A program made the position numbers and the translations under genes. From the NCBI GenBank assembly GCA_038496445.1, contig JALMLS010000075.1, positions 1 through 64,000 on the forward strand: a stretch of 64,000 nucleotides of DNA, read 5' to 3'. Shown here in pieces: positions 36,192-53,716 of this stretch. The notes beneath the pieces were generated by a model. The model worked only from the letters and a program-made list of their open reading frames with translations, searched no databases and was not told the DNA's origin. Numbering within the stretch: the stretch's first letter is position 1; each line of letters begins with the position of its first letter. The stretch comes from Trichosphaerium sp. ATCC 40318 (taxonomy: Eukaryota; Protista; Tubulinea).

Positions 36192-37826
36192 CTACTGAGC
36201 AACTTTTACACTAGTGAGATATGTTATGACGTTCCAGAGACCAAAGAGATCAGACTTGAGGTTTAAACAAGGTTAGTTTTGGCTAATGTGGTTTTTATGT
36301 TCATTTGTTAATGCAACTTTTACTGGACTTTCCTCAAAAGGCAGTTTGTCATTGCTGCTGTATCAAAACGGTGCTGTAGTAAGTATGCACATTACCTTGG
36401 AGGTGCTGGTTTTAGAAGCACTTAACGGCCTAACTGATTAGGTTTCAAAGGGTTTCAAATTGCGTCAGCAGTTGCAACTGATAAATGACTGCACAAAACC
36501 CATTGTTTTTATTACCGCGCTTACAGAGACCACACGTGTTGTATTTTACGGTTTTTGAAGGTGTGGTCAATTTGCTTGCCTGTATCAGGTTGAAAAGAAG
36601 TTATTACAGGTGTATTACCAAACACATCAATTCCATAAACAGTGTTTGTATCTTGATCATACGCATATTGCGACACGCCTGTATTGTAGTGAGCTGGTGC
36701 TCGCTGGCAAGATTTTAAGTTCTGTGGATCAGCTTGTGCAACTGTTTTATATCCATCAAATACAGAACCATTTTCTAAACAAAAAAAGGTGAGCATTGGA
36801 AATCAAAATGAAACAGTAAAAAACTTCGAAATAAAACAAACAAATTTTGGCTTGGACGTACTTGGAAAAACGTTCAATATAAACGCTATTTTACCACTGT
36901 TGTGATTATAAAACAAAGCACCTGCGGATGCAATACTGTCATCTTTACTTGTTGTACAGGCTGCAAATAAGTCTCTAACAGACTCAACTTTTAAGTGAGT
37001 ATTGTCAACATATTTGACGCTCATCAGTTCCCCGCTTGTATTTAGAATATAAAACCTATTATTTGCCTCATCTACTGCTACTGAAATAGCGTTTGCAGTT
37101 AGATTTAAAGCGCTCACATCAACTACAGAAAAAACGTGATTAGTTTACAATTACAATGTAAATAGTATTGTTTCGTTTAATGGTTGTTAACTTACTTTGT
37201 ATGTCAGGTTGTTGTCTTGTACCGGACACAGCCAGAAGTTGTAACTGCCCGTAGAATTGTGACCCAATGAGTACGTAATCACCAAAATCTCCAGTTGACA
37301 CAGCAAGCAAACTAATGGTTATTGAGTTGAAAATGACAAGAAAAATAAAAGTACGTACAACAAGATATCTTCAGTTGGAATTGTATGAATAGTATGCGAT
37401 TCCCCACTTTTAACATCGATTTGTGTAACAACTTGCTTAACGGAAGTATAGTACAAGTACTTTCCTCCTGCTGCACTGTTACCAGCAGTATTTCCATACT
37501 CGGAGAACTCTTTTGTAAACTCATTGCCTTTTGCAAACTCAACTAGCTCGTCTATCAATTTGTTAGTACGCTATACCATACCGCGCTCCAAAGAACAAAT
37601 ATTAAGGCATGAAGCTTGCTACAAAGCGGCTTTGTAGCTGGTGAACCGGTAAAAAAGTTTGTGATAGACAATGATTGTTTGGTTTACCATTCTTTAGGTC
37701 TGCACGCGCAATAGCATCGTAAACGTCTCCATTTGGAAAAGCTCCTTGGAAGCCTACATAAATTGTAGATTGAACATATGCAATAATACAAGCTAAAGCA
37801 AGAGCAACAGTTAGTGTATTCATCAT
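36192..37826 (-). CDS. Secreted hypothetical protein, beta-rich (possibly propeller); 3' end approximate
   Basis: Signal peptide MMNTLTVALALACIIAYVQS; exons with AVDEANNRFYIL and YDQDTNTVYGI. Confidence 0.65.
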
Positions 37827-38203
37827 ATTTGATGTGTTGCACAATTGACAATAGTTTTTTGCTTGATAGAAGTGAAAACTGACAACTTTTCTCAAAAATT
37901 TGGTTTCTCGCTTTTTTGGGAATTCCTTAAAGAGCTTGACCGTTAAGGAACCCGTCTAGCATTTTTAGTGAACTAGTTAGGTCCCGAATAAGTTAGTCCA
38001 TCATTTCATCATGTGTCGTGAATCAATTAACACGTCAAAATGCATACGCTATTTTACAGTTGTGACCTTACAAGATTGGAAATTAATGTATAACTTATTT
38101 TGTGTACATTTGGAAACTAATCTACGGCTAGTCATTAACATCATTGTCTTTGAAGCCAAGTATTGCTACAGGAACTGGTGTGGTGAATGTATATAACTGC
38201 TAA

Positions 38204-39511
38204 TCAAAACCTGAGTCGATAGGTCTCTATATGAACACCGTAACGCTTTTCTTTTACTGTCCAGAAACATAACTTTGCAACTATTGGCCAACAAGGATTG
38301 CTTGTAATATAAGGTGTTCGGGAACACAACTTTTCTGAGTGATACTTTTGCGCATCAAACAAAGTAATAAACTTAACCTTATATTCGGCATTAAATCTAA
38401 AGTTGAATACATCCATAACATCGCCCACAATGTATCCATTGACAAAAGGATATATTTTTTTATGGTATCCATACTCTTTATATTCTCCATGCAACTCACC
38501 TCTATTGTTAAAAAAACAATGTACTCTCAGACCCTGTGTGTCCCACTCTTTATACTCACCTTGCCTTAAGCCATTTTTGTAAAAGCATAAAACATGTAGT
38601 ATTTTACGTTTATACGAATGCCACTGTCTGTATGCTCCTTCTATACCTCCATTGACATATGAACACTGCACAGTGAGGTCTCCGTTTAACCACTCCCTAT
38701 ATTTCCCATTTTTTCTACCTTTGACATAAGAGCACTTAATTGAAATCAATCCATTCTTATGATACTGATTGTACTCGCCATCAATCTCGCCATCAATATA
38801 ATGGTATATGCCACAAGGATCGCCGCTTGTATGCCAATCCCTGTACTCTCCTACAATCTTTCCTTGAACGTATGTGCACTGTTGATATAATTGACCATTC
38901 AAATGCCACGACTTAAACTCACCATTCATCTCACCATCAACATATTCGTATTGTTTCTTCAATGTTCCGCTACTGTACCACTCTTGGTATGATCCTTGGA
39001 GGATACCATTTACAAAAGTAAACTGTCTCCATGGTTGTCCATTGAAATACCAGTTCTTGTACTTCCCTTCAGGTACACCATGGATGTATGTACACTGGGC
39101 GACCAGAATACTATGCATGTCGTTATAATAACTGTACCACCTACAATAGATTTAACATACAAAATAAACAAACTATTTTTCTTGATTAAGAGACCGTCTA
39201 AAATCACCAACTGTTTTTTTGGGTTGTTTGAGCTCGTCGGGCAAATTTTAGGGCCTTCTATTACACCGAACTGGCAAGCGTACCTTCCGTGCCTATTTAA
39301 CTCAATATCAAACCTCGACGATATGGCCGCTTGTTTGGACAACAGAGGCCATAGTGTGTACAACTTTACATCTAACTCCATAATATCAAGTTGAATCTCT
39401 GGTGGTAGCTGTAACAACCCAACATCTGCTTCTTGCTTGCGAGCTGTCTACGTTCGTAATTAGACTACAAAAAATGTCAAAACGCACGTGTACATTGAGA
39501 GCAGGTGGCAT
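38204..39511 (-). CDS. F-box-like + MORN-variant (YwqK-type) repeat protein
   Basis: LLQLPPEIQLDIM..., then repeats such as GKYKNWYFNGQ and GEFKSWHLNGQLYQQCTY; two short 5' introns inferred. Confidence 0.8.
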
Positions 39512-39828
39512 TTTTTCGTTACCCCAAACTTCCCACATTAGTATTGTTGGTAGGCAACACTGCAACGTGTGGACGGTTGGTGGATAGATGCTAGTTTAAT
39601 ATTAGCAGGTTAAGTAATAGCATTAGACTAACGGTATTCTGTGCACAAAGTGTTTAAAGGATGACATGTGAACACGTCAGCGATGTTAGTTCACAGTCTT
39701 AATCACTAAGAACTACTTCGCTTGATACAACATAATACATGCTATGCTCAGTAGAGTCGAAGCGTTTTTGACACTCTTAAGTCACACATTTTAAATTTGC
39801 CACGAGCGCTCAGTGATTGTTAGCTGCC

Positions 39829-40698
39829 ATGGAAATGTTAGTTGGATTCTGGGATCAACTCGTCAGTGAGTTTGTAGAGTCATCAATGCCAATTCAAGTA
39901 TTTGTATGTGTTATAGTTATAAAAACGTTCTATTATTGTCTTAACATGGTTTCTTAGGTTGTTGCGGCGTTATTACTTATTGTTTACCTTATTTTATCAA
40001 TGGTGTGGGATATGATACGCCCAAGGCCACCTATACGCGATATGACGCCTGTACCAAAGGAAAAGATTGTTTTGAAGGAATTCACAATTGAAGAGCTTCG
40101 TTACTACAACGGAGAGAACGACTCTGACGGAAAACCAAAGCCAGTGTACCTCAGCCTATCAGGTAAATGAATAATCGCCTTAACTTTCATCGGAAAAACC
40201 AACTCGCTTGTTTATCCCTTAATCAAGCCTCCATATCATTTTTTCTTATACCCCATAGGTGTTGTTTACGATGTATCAAGAGGACGTGGTTTCTATGGAC
40301 CTGGTGGTGCGTAATTGTTTATTTTATTTTTTATTTGCTTGATAATAATTTCGATAAATCAATTGAGTATCTGACGTTTCAAAGGTGGTTATGCTTCTTT
40401 TGCTGGTCGTGAGTGTTCTGTAGCTCTTGCCAAACATGGTTTCGAGCCAAAATTCTTCGAGAATCCTGATGTAACTACTCTTACACCTGACGGTAATGCA
40501 ATTACCTCTTCATTAAAAATAATTTGTACCCTAGAAGTCGGAACGTTGAACGAATGGAAGGCTTTCTTTGAGAACAAGTATGATCACATTGGTAATATTG
40601 TAAAGAACAAGAGAACATCTCAACAAGAAGTGGTACGATATATAATCACGTGACAAGAATCTTACCATTGTTTTTTGCAGAGAGAAAAAGAAGAGTAA
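39829..40698 (+). CDS. Membrane-associated progesterone receptor / Dap1-type cytochrome b5-like heme/steroid-binding protein
   Basis: N-terminal TM, [62 protein letters not shown]. Confidence 0.92.
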
Positions 40699-40821
40699 AA
40701 AAAACACTCTGACGGTTTGGCGCACATAACTTTCCTAGTTTATTTTTTGTAATTGCATCACGTGGTAAACACGTGATAATTTGTTTACAAAATATAAATT
40801 TATTTGTTACTGCACTAGAGT

Positions 40822-43362
40822 TTATTTTCTGGGTGGGAAGAATGCCATCCAAGCCATAGACAACGCTTTAAAAAAAAATTTAACCGCAAAGCTAAAAAAA
40901 AGTTGTGATACAAAAAATGACGTACATGCTACAACAAATGGTGGCCAAGCACGATTAAGTGGAATACTTTGGCTTACAAAAAATTCGTAATAGTAAATAC
41001 CACCAGCAACCATAAAAGTGAGGAACGTAGCATAGTAGAGTTTCTATTACAAAAATTATAAATACAACTTCAAATAATCTACTGTCAAGTACCTTGTTTT
41101 GTAGATCCATACCACACATGAGTCTAACAAATCCTGCGATAAGAGTCCATGCACCGAATAAACGACCAGCAAGACCAGTAGCTATAGGGTAATAAGAACA
41201 AACAAAGTAGTTTAGTAGCTGCTTTACCTTCTTCAGGTTTAAGTGAAAATTGAGTTGATCCAAGGTATCCAGCAAATGCTTGAACCCAACCGACTGTACT
41301 TAAAAGAGCGACAAAGATAAGCCAATAAGATAGAGCAGGCCTTTTTTTGACTTTGATTGGGTTCTTAATTAACCAATCTTGGAAGTAGGCACGAGTTCTT
41401 CTAATACCCTAAAGTGATTGTTAAAAAATACTTCGAATTGTCAATGTGACTACGTACTTCTTCGTGCGGTACAATCGGTTTGTAACCAAGAATCTTTGTT
41501 GCTTTGGCTGTACTGAAAGTATGAGATGTAGCAATAGTAGCAAGCCATTGAGGGTTTATGTTCGAAGGAATGTTGAAGAACTAGCAGACAAGTAAGCTTC
41601 ATAAGATTCACAAAAACGAAACCAAAAGCAGAAATGACTGCCACGCAGTTTGCGTGGTTAGTTACCTTATTGAATTGAGCAACGTGTTTCATTAAAAAGT
41701 AAGGAATATTAAAGCGTCCTAGAGCACTTCGTGGTACACCTGACAAGGTAGCAACCTATACAATCATTAAACGCTTCTATAACTATAAAAAAAATTGTAC
41801 TGTGTAAATATACTCCCAAAGCTTTCCGTCTGCGTTATCATTGACGTTAAATGCTTCACCACAAATTCTACAGAATAAATTATTTCAAAAAATTACTTTT
41901 AAAGGGTCGGAAAAGAAAAAATAAAGGAAGAACCACATACGGACTATCAAAGCTCTCCAATTGATTAGCAGCAAGGATTTCACCATGACACAAGTTATCA
42001 ACATAAGTGAATGAACAAATTTCCTTTCCAGAACCAAGGCAGTACTTCAATCCGCCATCCTTTAAAAAAAAATTAGTACAGATAAGAAAAAAAAATCGAA
42101 AAATTTTTAGGATGACTTTAGTGTATCTTCACCTCAAATTCCTACCAATAAAATATGGTTTTTTGTGAATACATACCTTTCCAGCATTCATCATTCTTGG
42201 CCAAGATAAAGTATCACCTATTGCATTATAAACAAAAAAAGGTATGGTATTGCTTAAAATAAAAAGAAAAAAAAAATTCATTTAAGTTCTTTCGGGTGCT
42301 TACCAGGACCGTAGATTGTATGTGGTCTAATGGACGCTGTCATGAGCTGACCATCTTTTCCAGCCTTGAGTATCATAGCTTCAGCGATACCTTTGGTCCT
42401 ACCATAATCATCTAGCATCAATTTTAAGCAACAAGCGGGATTACCAAAAAAAAAGCAAACAAAACGGAAAAAAAGGTTAGACCACCATACCTAGGTCTAC
42501 ATATGGCATATCTTCAGTTGCATCATATAGATCCAACCCATTGAATACAACAGAAGCTAAAAAATAAGGCATAAGAACTAGAATAACGCCAAACTTTTTT
42601 TTTTGATTTTGGACGAAAAAACACATTCACAAAAATGGCAGAAATACTCACCTGTGCACGTGTAGATTACTCTCTTAACGCCTTGCTTCTTGCACGCCTC
42701 AAGTACAATTTCAGTACCTCTAACATTGACACTCTCAAGAAGTGCAGTGGCTAGAAATAGTCAGAATTGTAAATCTTGAATTTCTTTGTCAAAAAAACGG
42801 TGAAACTGTATTTCCCTTTTGAGGTTTGGGAATAAACGGTTGAAAACGTACGTCCTACAGCTACAGCTGTAACATGAAAAACAGTATCAACACCTTCACA
42901 AGCGCGTACAACTTTATCAATATGTGTAATGTTCCCTTGCATGTATTCGTATGTAACTGGTTCAGTTGGGATTCTTTTGTGATGTTTAGCGTTGTTTCGG
43001 AACAGAAAAATACGACAAGTGTCTATGTCGTGTGTTCATACCTTAGATCGATTCCACGCACTTCAACACCAGATTGTTGAAGCATTTGAATTAATCGTCC
43101 AGCAACAAACCCAAGGCAGCCTGTCACAAGCGCTTTACGCTAAATTTAAACAGTATGAGTAGGTTTAACAACAATAAAGGGTAACATTTGCGCTCAAGTA
43201 GATAAATCACATATTACACGTAAAATACTATCCTGGCATACTGCAATGGTACAGATGTAGGTTTAAAGCTAAAATCCTAGTTTCTCTATTTTTCTCACGT
43301 ACCATTGAACCTTTTGCACAAGTAAGACTGTATGCTTCACCGTCACCCAATTGATAGGCCAT
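40822..43362 (-). CDS. 3beta-hydroxysteroid dehydrogenase/decarboxylase (NSDHL/Erg26-type) fused to a C-terminal Erg28 domain
   Basis: ALVTGCLGFVAG, VFHVTA, VNVRGT, YGRTK, IRPHTIYGPGD, FTYVDN, LGYKPIVPHEEGIRRT; continues in the same exon into LSYWLIFVALL and then GLAGRLFGAWTLIAGFVRL...LYYATFLTF...EFF...PFVVASLSMAWM. Confidence 0.88.
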
Positions 43363-43500
43363 GATAAACTACTACAAAACAACAAAGAAGTGACAAGATT
43401 TGCCAGTCAAATCACAAACAATAAATTTCTGCTCAAAACCAGGTTTGTGAAGCTCGCCTGAAAATTATTCCGATCACACTACTGTATTACCAACTACGAA

Positions 43501-45162
43501 ATGTCAAACAACGCATTACCAGACTTTTACATTGATGGCTTCCATGACAAGGAGAAAATTATGAAAATGACATACAAACCACTAGGAAACACGGGTACTA
43601 CTTCTTTACCATATAAAATAGCGTCTTAGACGATGAAAAGCTCGTTTAGCAGTTTCTATATTAAACGAACTTTAGGCATGAAAGTATCCGTTCTAGGCTT
43701 TGGTGCATCGTCAATTGGGAGTATGTTTCGCAAAACAGACGACAAAGAGTCGGAACAAGTCGTCTTAGAACATCTAAAAGCTGGCGTCAATTTAATTGAT
43801 ACAGCGCCTTGGTACGGGTTTGGAAAGAGCGAGAAACTGCTTGGTAAAATTCTAAAAGGTACACAAACATCATGGAACGTGCTTTTTCTACTTGCCTTTT
43901 TCTAACATTTCTGGTAAACACAGAAAACAAGGTCCCTCGTTCTGCTTATTACATTAATACAAAGGTTGGCCGTTACTCACCTGACCCATTACATATGTTC
44001 GATTTTAGCGCTGAACGCGTTTTAAAAAGCGTAGACGAGAGCTTAGAGAGACTGGTAAGATTTTGGGAACATGTCACAATGTCAATGACACTTTTGCAAA
44101 ATTTTGCCAACTTTTTTGGTTTTATTTTTAATAAGCTATCAGGGTCTTGAATATATCGATGTTATACAAATACATGATCCTGAGTATGCACCTGATATTG
44201 AGATTATATTAAACGAGACTCTTCCGGCACTACAAAAAGCGAAAGATGCTGGGAAAGTAAAGTTTATTGGTAAGTCTTCGAACTTACATTTTTCTCGGAC
44301 TGTAACTCTGACTCATTATCAAAAAGGTATGACTGGTTACCCCATTGCATTCCAACGAGAAGTTATTGAAAGGAGTAAAGTCAAAATTGACTGCTCATTG
44401 GTATATTGTCATTACTCACTAAACGATACAACTTTGGTTTCAAGTGGATTCCTAAAATTTTTAAAAGAACGTGGTATTGGCGTTATCAATGGTATGTAGT
44501 TGTATTATCTCATTACATAATGTTTAATCATATAATAGCTTCGCCTGTTTCAATGGGTTTATTGACAGAACGTGGTGCACCTGCATGGCACCCAGGTAAA
44601 TGAAAAAAAAATACAAAAAAACCTAATACATCATTTACCTAACCATTTTCTTTCTAGCTCATGATGACATTAAAAAAGTGTGCCAAGATGCAGTTGCTGA
44701 TTGCAAAGGAAAAGGTACCTTTAAGATTTTAACACAAATAAAAACATAGTCGAGGGTGTATCGCAGAAGCGTTGATAGTTTTTTTGTTAGGAATTGATAT
44801 TTCAAAAATTGCAACACACTTCTCACTGTTTTCTTGTGATGATATTCCAACAACTCTCATGGGAACTGCAAGTATTAAGCGTACACGTAATAACATAGAA
44901 GCTTGTTTTGTTTCTCTTTCTAAGGAAGAAAAAGAAGCAACTGATAACGTAATCAAGAATTATTTCGAGAAAATGCCTAGATGCACGTGGGAAGGTAAGT
45001 ATTTTTTAAACTGTGCCGAAAAAAAAGTTGTTCTTGTAACCTTCTGATTGGTATACCTTTGTAGGCGTTGAACCTGTGAAGTTTTGGGAACAATATGGTA
45101 AAGCTATGGCGCTTAAATCAACATATCCTAAATACTACAAAAAGGTTGTTTGGCAAGACTGA
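43501..45162 (+). CDS. Aldo-keto reductase, L-galactose dehydrogenase-like
   Basis: MTYKPLGNTGMKVSVLGFGAS, IDTAPWYG, TKVGRY, FDFSAERV, IQIHDPE, ETLPALQK, IGMTGYP. Confidence 0.9.
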
Positions 45163-45469
45163 ACTTTCTTTTTTTGTGCAAATAAAATACTTACTTCAAT
45201 CAAAACTCTTTTTTGTTGTGCCCAACGCACCTAGTCCATTTGGCCAAAAAATGACAAATGCATCAAGAAAGGTTGTCGCTTTGCTTTACACTGTCACTCA
45301 TATCGATAATTGGTAAAAGTGTCACATTCTTCACCACCCAAACAAACACTACATGTGCTAGACTATACGTCACAATAAAGAGCAGTCTAGTATCAAATTA
45401 TATTATAGCACGTGTGCAAAATAATCGCTTTGAAACAATCAGAATTGCAAAAGCCTACTGCAACATCTT

Positions 45470-46603
45470 ATGCAAGTCGTCGTAGTCACGCTATTGGCGT
45501 TGTGTTGTATCGGAGCCACAGCTCAATACGTATTTACACCAGTTGAGCCTGCCTTGTCAGCTGTTGCGTACAAGTTTCGTTCAATTGCTCCTTCAAAGAT
45601 AGACGGCGAACTAGTGCAATCTGCGGGCGTTTACAAGTACAAAAACAAAGGAAATAATGAATGGAACATGGTAAGTGCTTTAAACACAAAACATACGCAT
45701 ACACGTTCTACACACAAATCAAAGCGAAAGTGAACGTTTTAGACGCTTTTCCTATTTCAAATTCTTGATTCAAATTCTATCTATCTCTCATAAGCTTCAT
45801 TACATAGACTGTGCATGCTCGTATACGACAAGGGTTTTCAGGTGGAGTATTCAGGATGTTTCAATACTTTAGGGACGGTAGCGTGCGTTTAAGGTTACCA
45901 AACGTAGTAACGTACTTCTAAAATTGCTGGTAGTTGACCAATTATGTCTATGTTAAAAACTCACAAACACCTTGTAAAAAAACAGTATATTCCCAACGAG
46001 AGCGTAAATGCAGTTGGAAATCGGTACGGGAACCAAAAGAAACCAGTTTAATTCTTAGTACAAGACTGGAAAGTAACTTCTTTTTTTGGCTATGAGTTTC
46101 GTTTTGATTTGATGTTTTGTTACCTCGCTCTTCAGAACTCTTACATTTCTGTTATAGAAGTCATCAGTTGATGATAAATATTCTTATGCTTTACATAACT
46201 GTAAAATCAATAAAGATGGCAATAGAGAGGAGCACACAACATCATTCACAATGAAAGAATCAGCAACAGGTGAAACTAGAATTTCATTTATCAGTGTCAA
46301 GTTTGGGAACACAAAATTTATGACTGTACCGATATCACTTATGGACGAACCAATTGATGCAGACTTCGAAGTACGCACCCAACAGTTTCACTTTTTGGTT
46401 TTAAAAAGCTTGAAAAAGGTAAATTTCTATTGTCTAAACTCCTATCCTAGTTGCCCGAAGAGTGTCTCAATTTAAAGGAATCCAATCCTGTTTCTTCTAG
46501 AAGAGATGGGCGTAGGAATAAACCAAGAAATCTAAGGAACCGAAGGAGGTATAGAAGATACTCAAGAGGGAATAAGAGATATTCAAGACCAATAGACAAT
46601 TAA
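45470..46603 (+). CDS. Secreted protein, possibly ependymin-related, with an Arg-rich tail
   Basis: Signal peptide; beta-rich body with C-x-K; PIDADFE-LPEEC motif near the end; RRYRRY tail. Confidence 0.5.
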
Positions 46604-46825
46604 GTAGTCGAAAAGGCACAACAATAAAGTTTTCTAGTCGTATTCAAAATAGTTACCACCTTCCTTGCAACGAAGTTGTAAACCCCATGCGTTAGAACCA
46701 ATGCACACGCGTGTGTGGTAATAGCGATGTAAGTTCTGGACGATTTTTTCTTTGAGTCAAGGTTCCGCTCAGTTTTTCAAGTTACTAATTGTGCAAAAAA
46801 AAAAAAGGTAATAGCTTTTTATTAT

Positions 46826-48653
46826 TTATGGCATATCTTCATCATCTTTAAAAGCAATACCAGTATAATTCATCACCTCATCTTCAATGTACAATAGTCT
46901 TCGAGTAAATATGACGTAGCATGTTGACACATAACCAGTAAACAGAAGCATCTGTATAACTATAACTACAGAGCATACCTAAAAAAACCGTTAAGCCTTT
47001 TTCTCCAAAATGTCCCAAAAAGCACCTAGGCACTTGATTTTGATGCTGAGTTTGTTAACGTTAACGAACTTAAAGCAAAGAATCGAAAGCACCACGTGGT
47101 TCGTGAGCCTGAAGACAAAAAGAAAAAAAAAATTTGTTCACTTCGAAGCGTACTGGTGCCATAAACATTGTCCAGGCTGTGGTTGCCATCTGTATTCCTT
47201 GGAAAAATCCAAGGAATATCAAAAATACCTGTAGATTAACTCTAAAAAACTCATGAGTTCTTACGCTTCAGGCTTTTTACTTGAAAGAACGTACTCAGAT
47301 ACTTGTATGAAGTAAAATACGATTTGTGTTATTAATAAAGGAATATCTCCTACAATAAGTGAAATGTAGAAAAGTCCCTATTAATCGTAAAAAATTATTA
47401 TACATGTGTGTATTATATAGCCAAAGTATTTCGAAAAATTGTTCGTGGAGGCTAACTTTAAAATACATTTTTGGTTTGTGCTATTTTTCTCGAAAAAAAT
47501 AGGAAACGTACCAGAATGGTATAAACCATAAACATCCATATAATACTAGCTATAGAAATGATACATTTTGCTACCATAATACCGAGTAATGCTCTATTTA
47601 GTGTGACAGATAATTCGAATTTTTTGAGCTGAGCATAAGGCACTTCTTCCTTATTTTTTGGCATTGGGCGAGCATATCTAACCCAGTTACTACAAGCCCA
47701 ATCTATCACTAGCTTTAACTTTTTTGTACCTGACTTCACGAGATCCCCATCTTCTTAAGTATAGAAAGTATTTTATACCAAACCACATAGAAATGATACA
47801 TTGTAAGAAAACCAAAACTAAGGGCTTATTGGAAAAACACAGAAAATAAAGACGATCATTTCTGACTACTACGTACTTCCCATTACTATGGCTCCAGGGG
47901 ACAGTTGCCACATTGATAATCCAAAAGCAGTTAGTGAACCTAGAGAATGGACAATGAGCACCAAAGCTGAAAACCATGTGTTTTGTGACAAGTAAAAAAA
48001 ACAATCAAAACACGTTTTTTTTTGTCAATTCTGCAAAAGAGTACCCATCACGTGAAATATCAAGTAAACCAACACGAATGCTCTTAACCTTGAGAACAAC
48101 GATGGGAGACCAAATGCAAAAAATATTATGACTTGAAAAGGTCCAAAATACGCCGACTTTGATAAAAAAAGGCGTTATTGATTAGTGATAATAGTTCGAT
48201 CTAACTTACAGACACTATTGCTTGTGTTTCCTTGTGTCCATAATCAACACCGCCTATCATTACAGGAAGCTATAAAAGATTTTAACGCCAGCCGTTGGTT
48301 TAAATACTTGTTAGTCTTCTAGCGTACCCACATTATGACTTGCCACATAAAGAGTGTTACTTGCGCTACTACAAACGTAATAATAAAGTTGCGCCTTTCT
48401 TTTGCTATTTTACAGCCACAGGTTGTCATATTACTGGCGTCTTGTTGTTGTTCAGGTACTGTAGCTACAGCTAAGTTAAATTTCAAAAATGTACTGGCGT
48501 ACCAAAACCGTTGTTTTCGTCCTCTTCGTGGGCGTCAAGGTCAAGTTCTTGGCTCTCGTTTATTATCATGTCTTTATTTGCGTCTGTAGTAGGATTTTGA
48601 TCGTCATTGGTGTCAAAGGCATCATCGAGTAGATTGATCTCTGGCTGACTCAT
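46826..48653 (-). CDS. Multi-pass membrane protein, uncharacterised
   Basis: Acidic N-terminal exon MSQPEINLL..., several hydrophobic exons including LIVGDIPLLITQIVFYF. Confidence 0.6.
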
Positions 48654-48859
48654 TGCCGTGCGCAGAAGAAGACGGAGAGTTTTGGTAGTTGCCAGAAAAC
48701 TCAACATTTTTGATGAACAGTCACTAATTCGTTCCCTGTGCCATTGGGTTTAACCACACCTGCTCAGCCGTTTAAACGACCAAAGAGTCGTTTGGTTTTA
48801 TTAGCTAACAATGGCTTATTTGGACGTATACCTTTAAACTAGGCGCATAGCGTTTTAAA

Positions 48860-53213
<4,354 letters not shown>

Positions 53214-53716
53214 GAAAACAAGATTGAAAAAAAAAAGAAGAACAACAAGAAAAAAGCCCAATAATCGTGTGGTCTCACCTGCAAAAAATTTTCAAAAAAA
53301 GAAACAGCTAGCCAGAGCCTTCTTTTTTTTTGGTTAGAATTCCAAATCACTAGCGCCCTTGTAAAATAAAAGTAATTTAAAGTTGAGTTTTTTTTCTGAA
53401 CTCTTTCTGAATTTGGATGGTGACTTTATTGAACACCAGCGCACATACATCAAGACGCTGATATGGTGAGGCTGACAATGCCATCTGGAGCTGCCTTTGG
53501 TGATTACGTTGGAGATACATGGAAGCAATGAAAGAAATACAAGGTTGTAAACCTGGAGTTGTTTCACTTCATTCTGTTTTTGTCATTCTTCAGGTTCGTT
53601 GAACAAATCACTGTGGACAAAGTATACAGAACATGGCGTATCCTGAATGGGATTGAAAAATCTGTCTATTACTTAATTGTCAATCAGAATCCGTGTCAAC
53701 AGCCAAAACACTTTAA

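Noticed and set aside
38440-38460. Second U12-like 5' site (ATATCCTTT on the minus strand)
   Set aside because: It falls inside an uninterrupted reading frame (KIYPFVNG) with no matching branch site or need for splicing.
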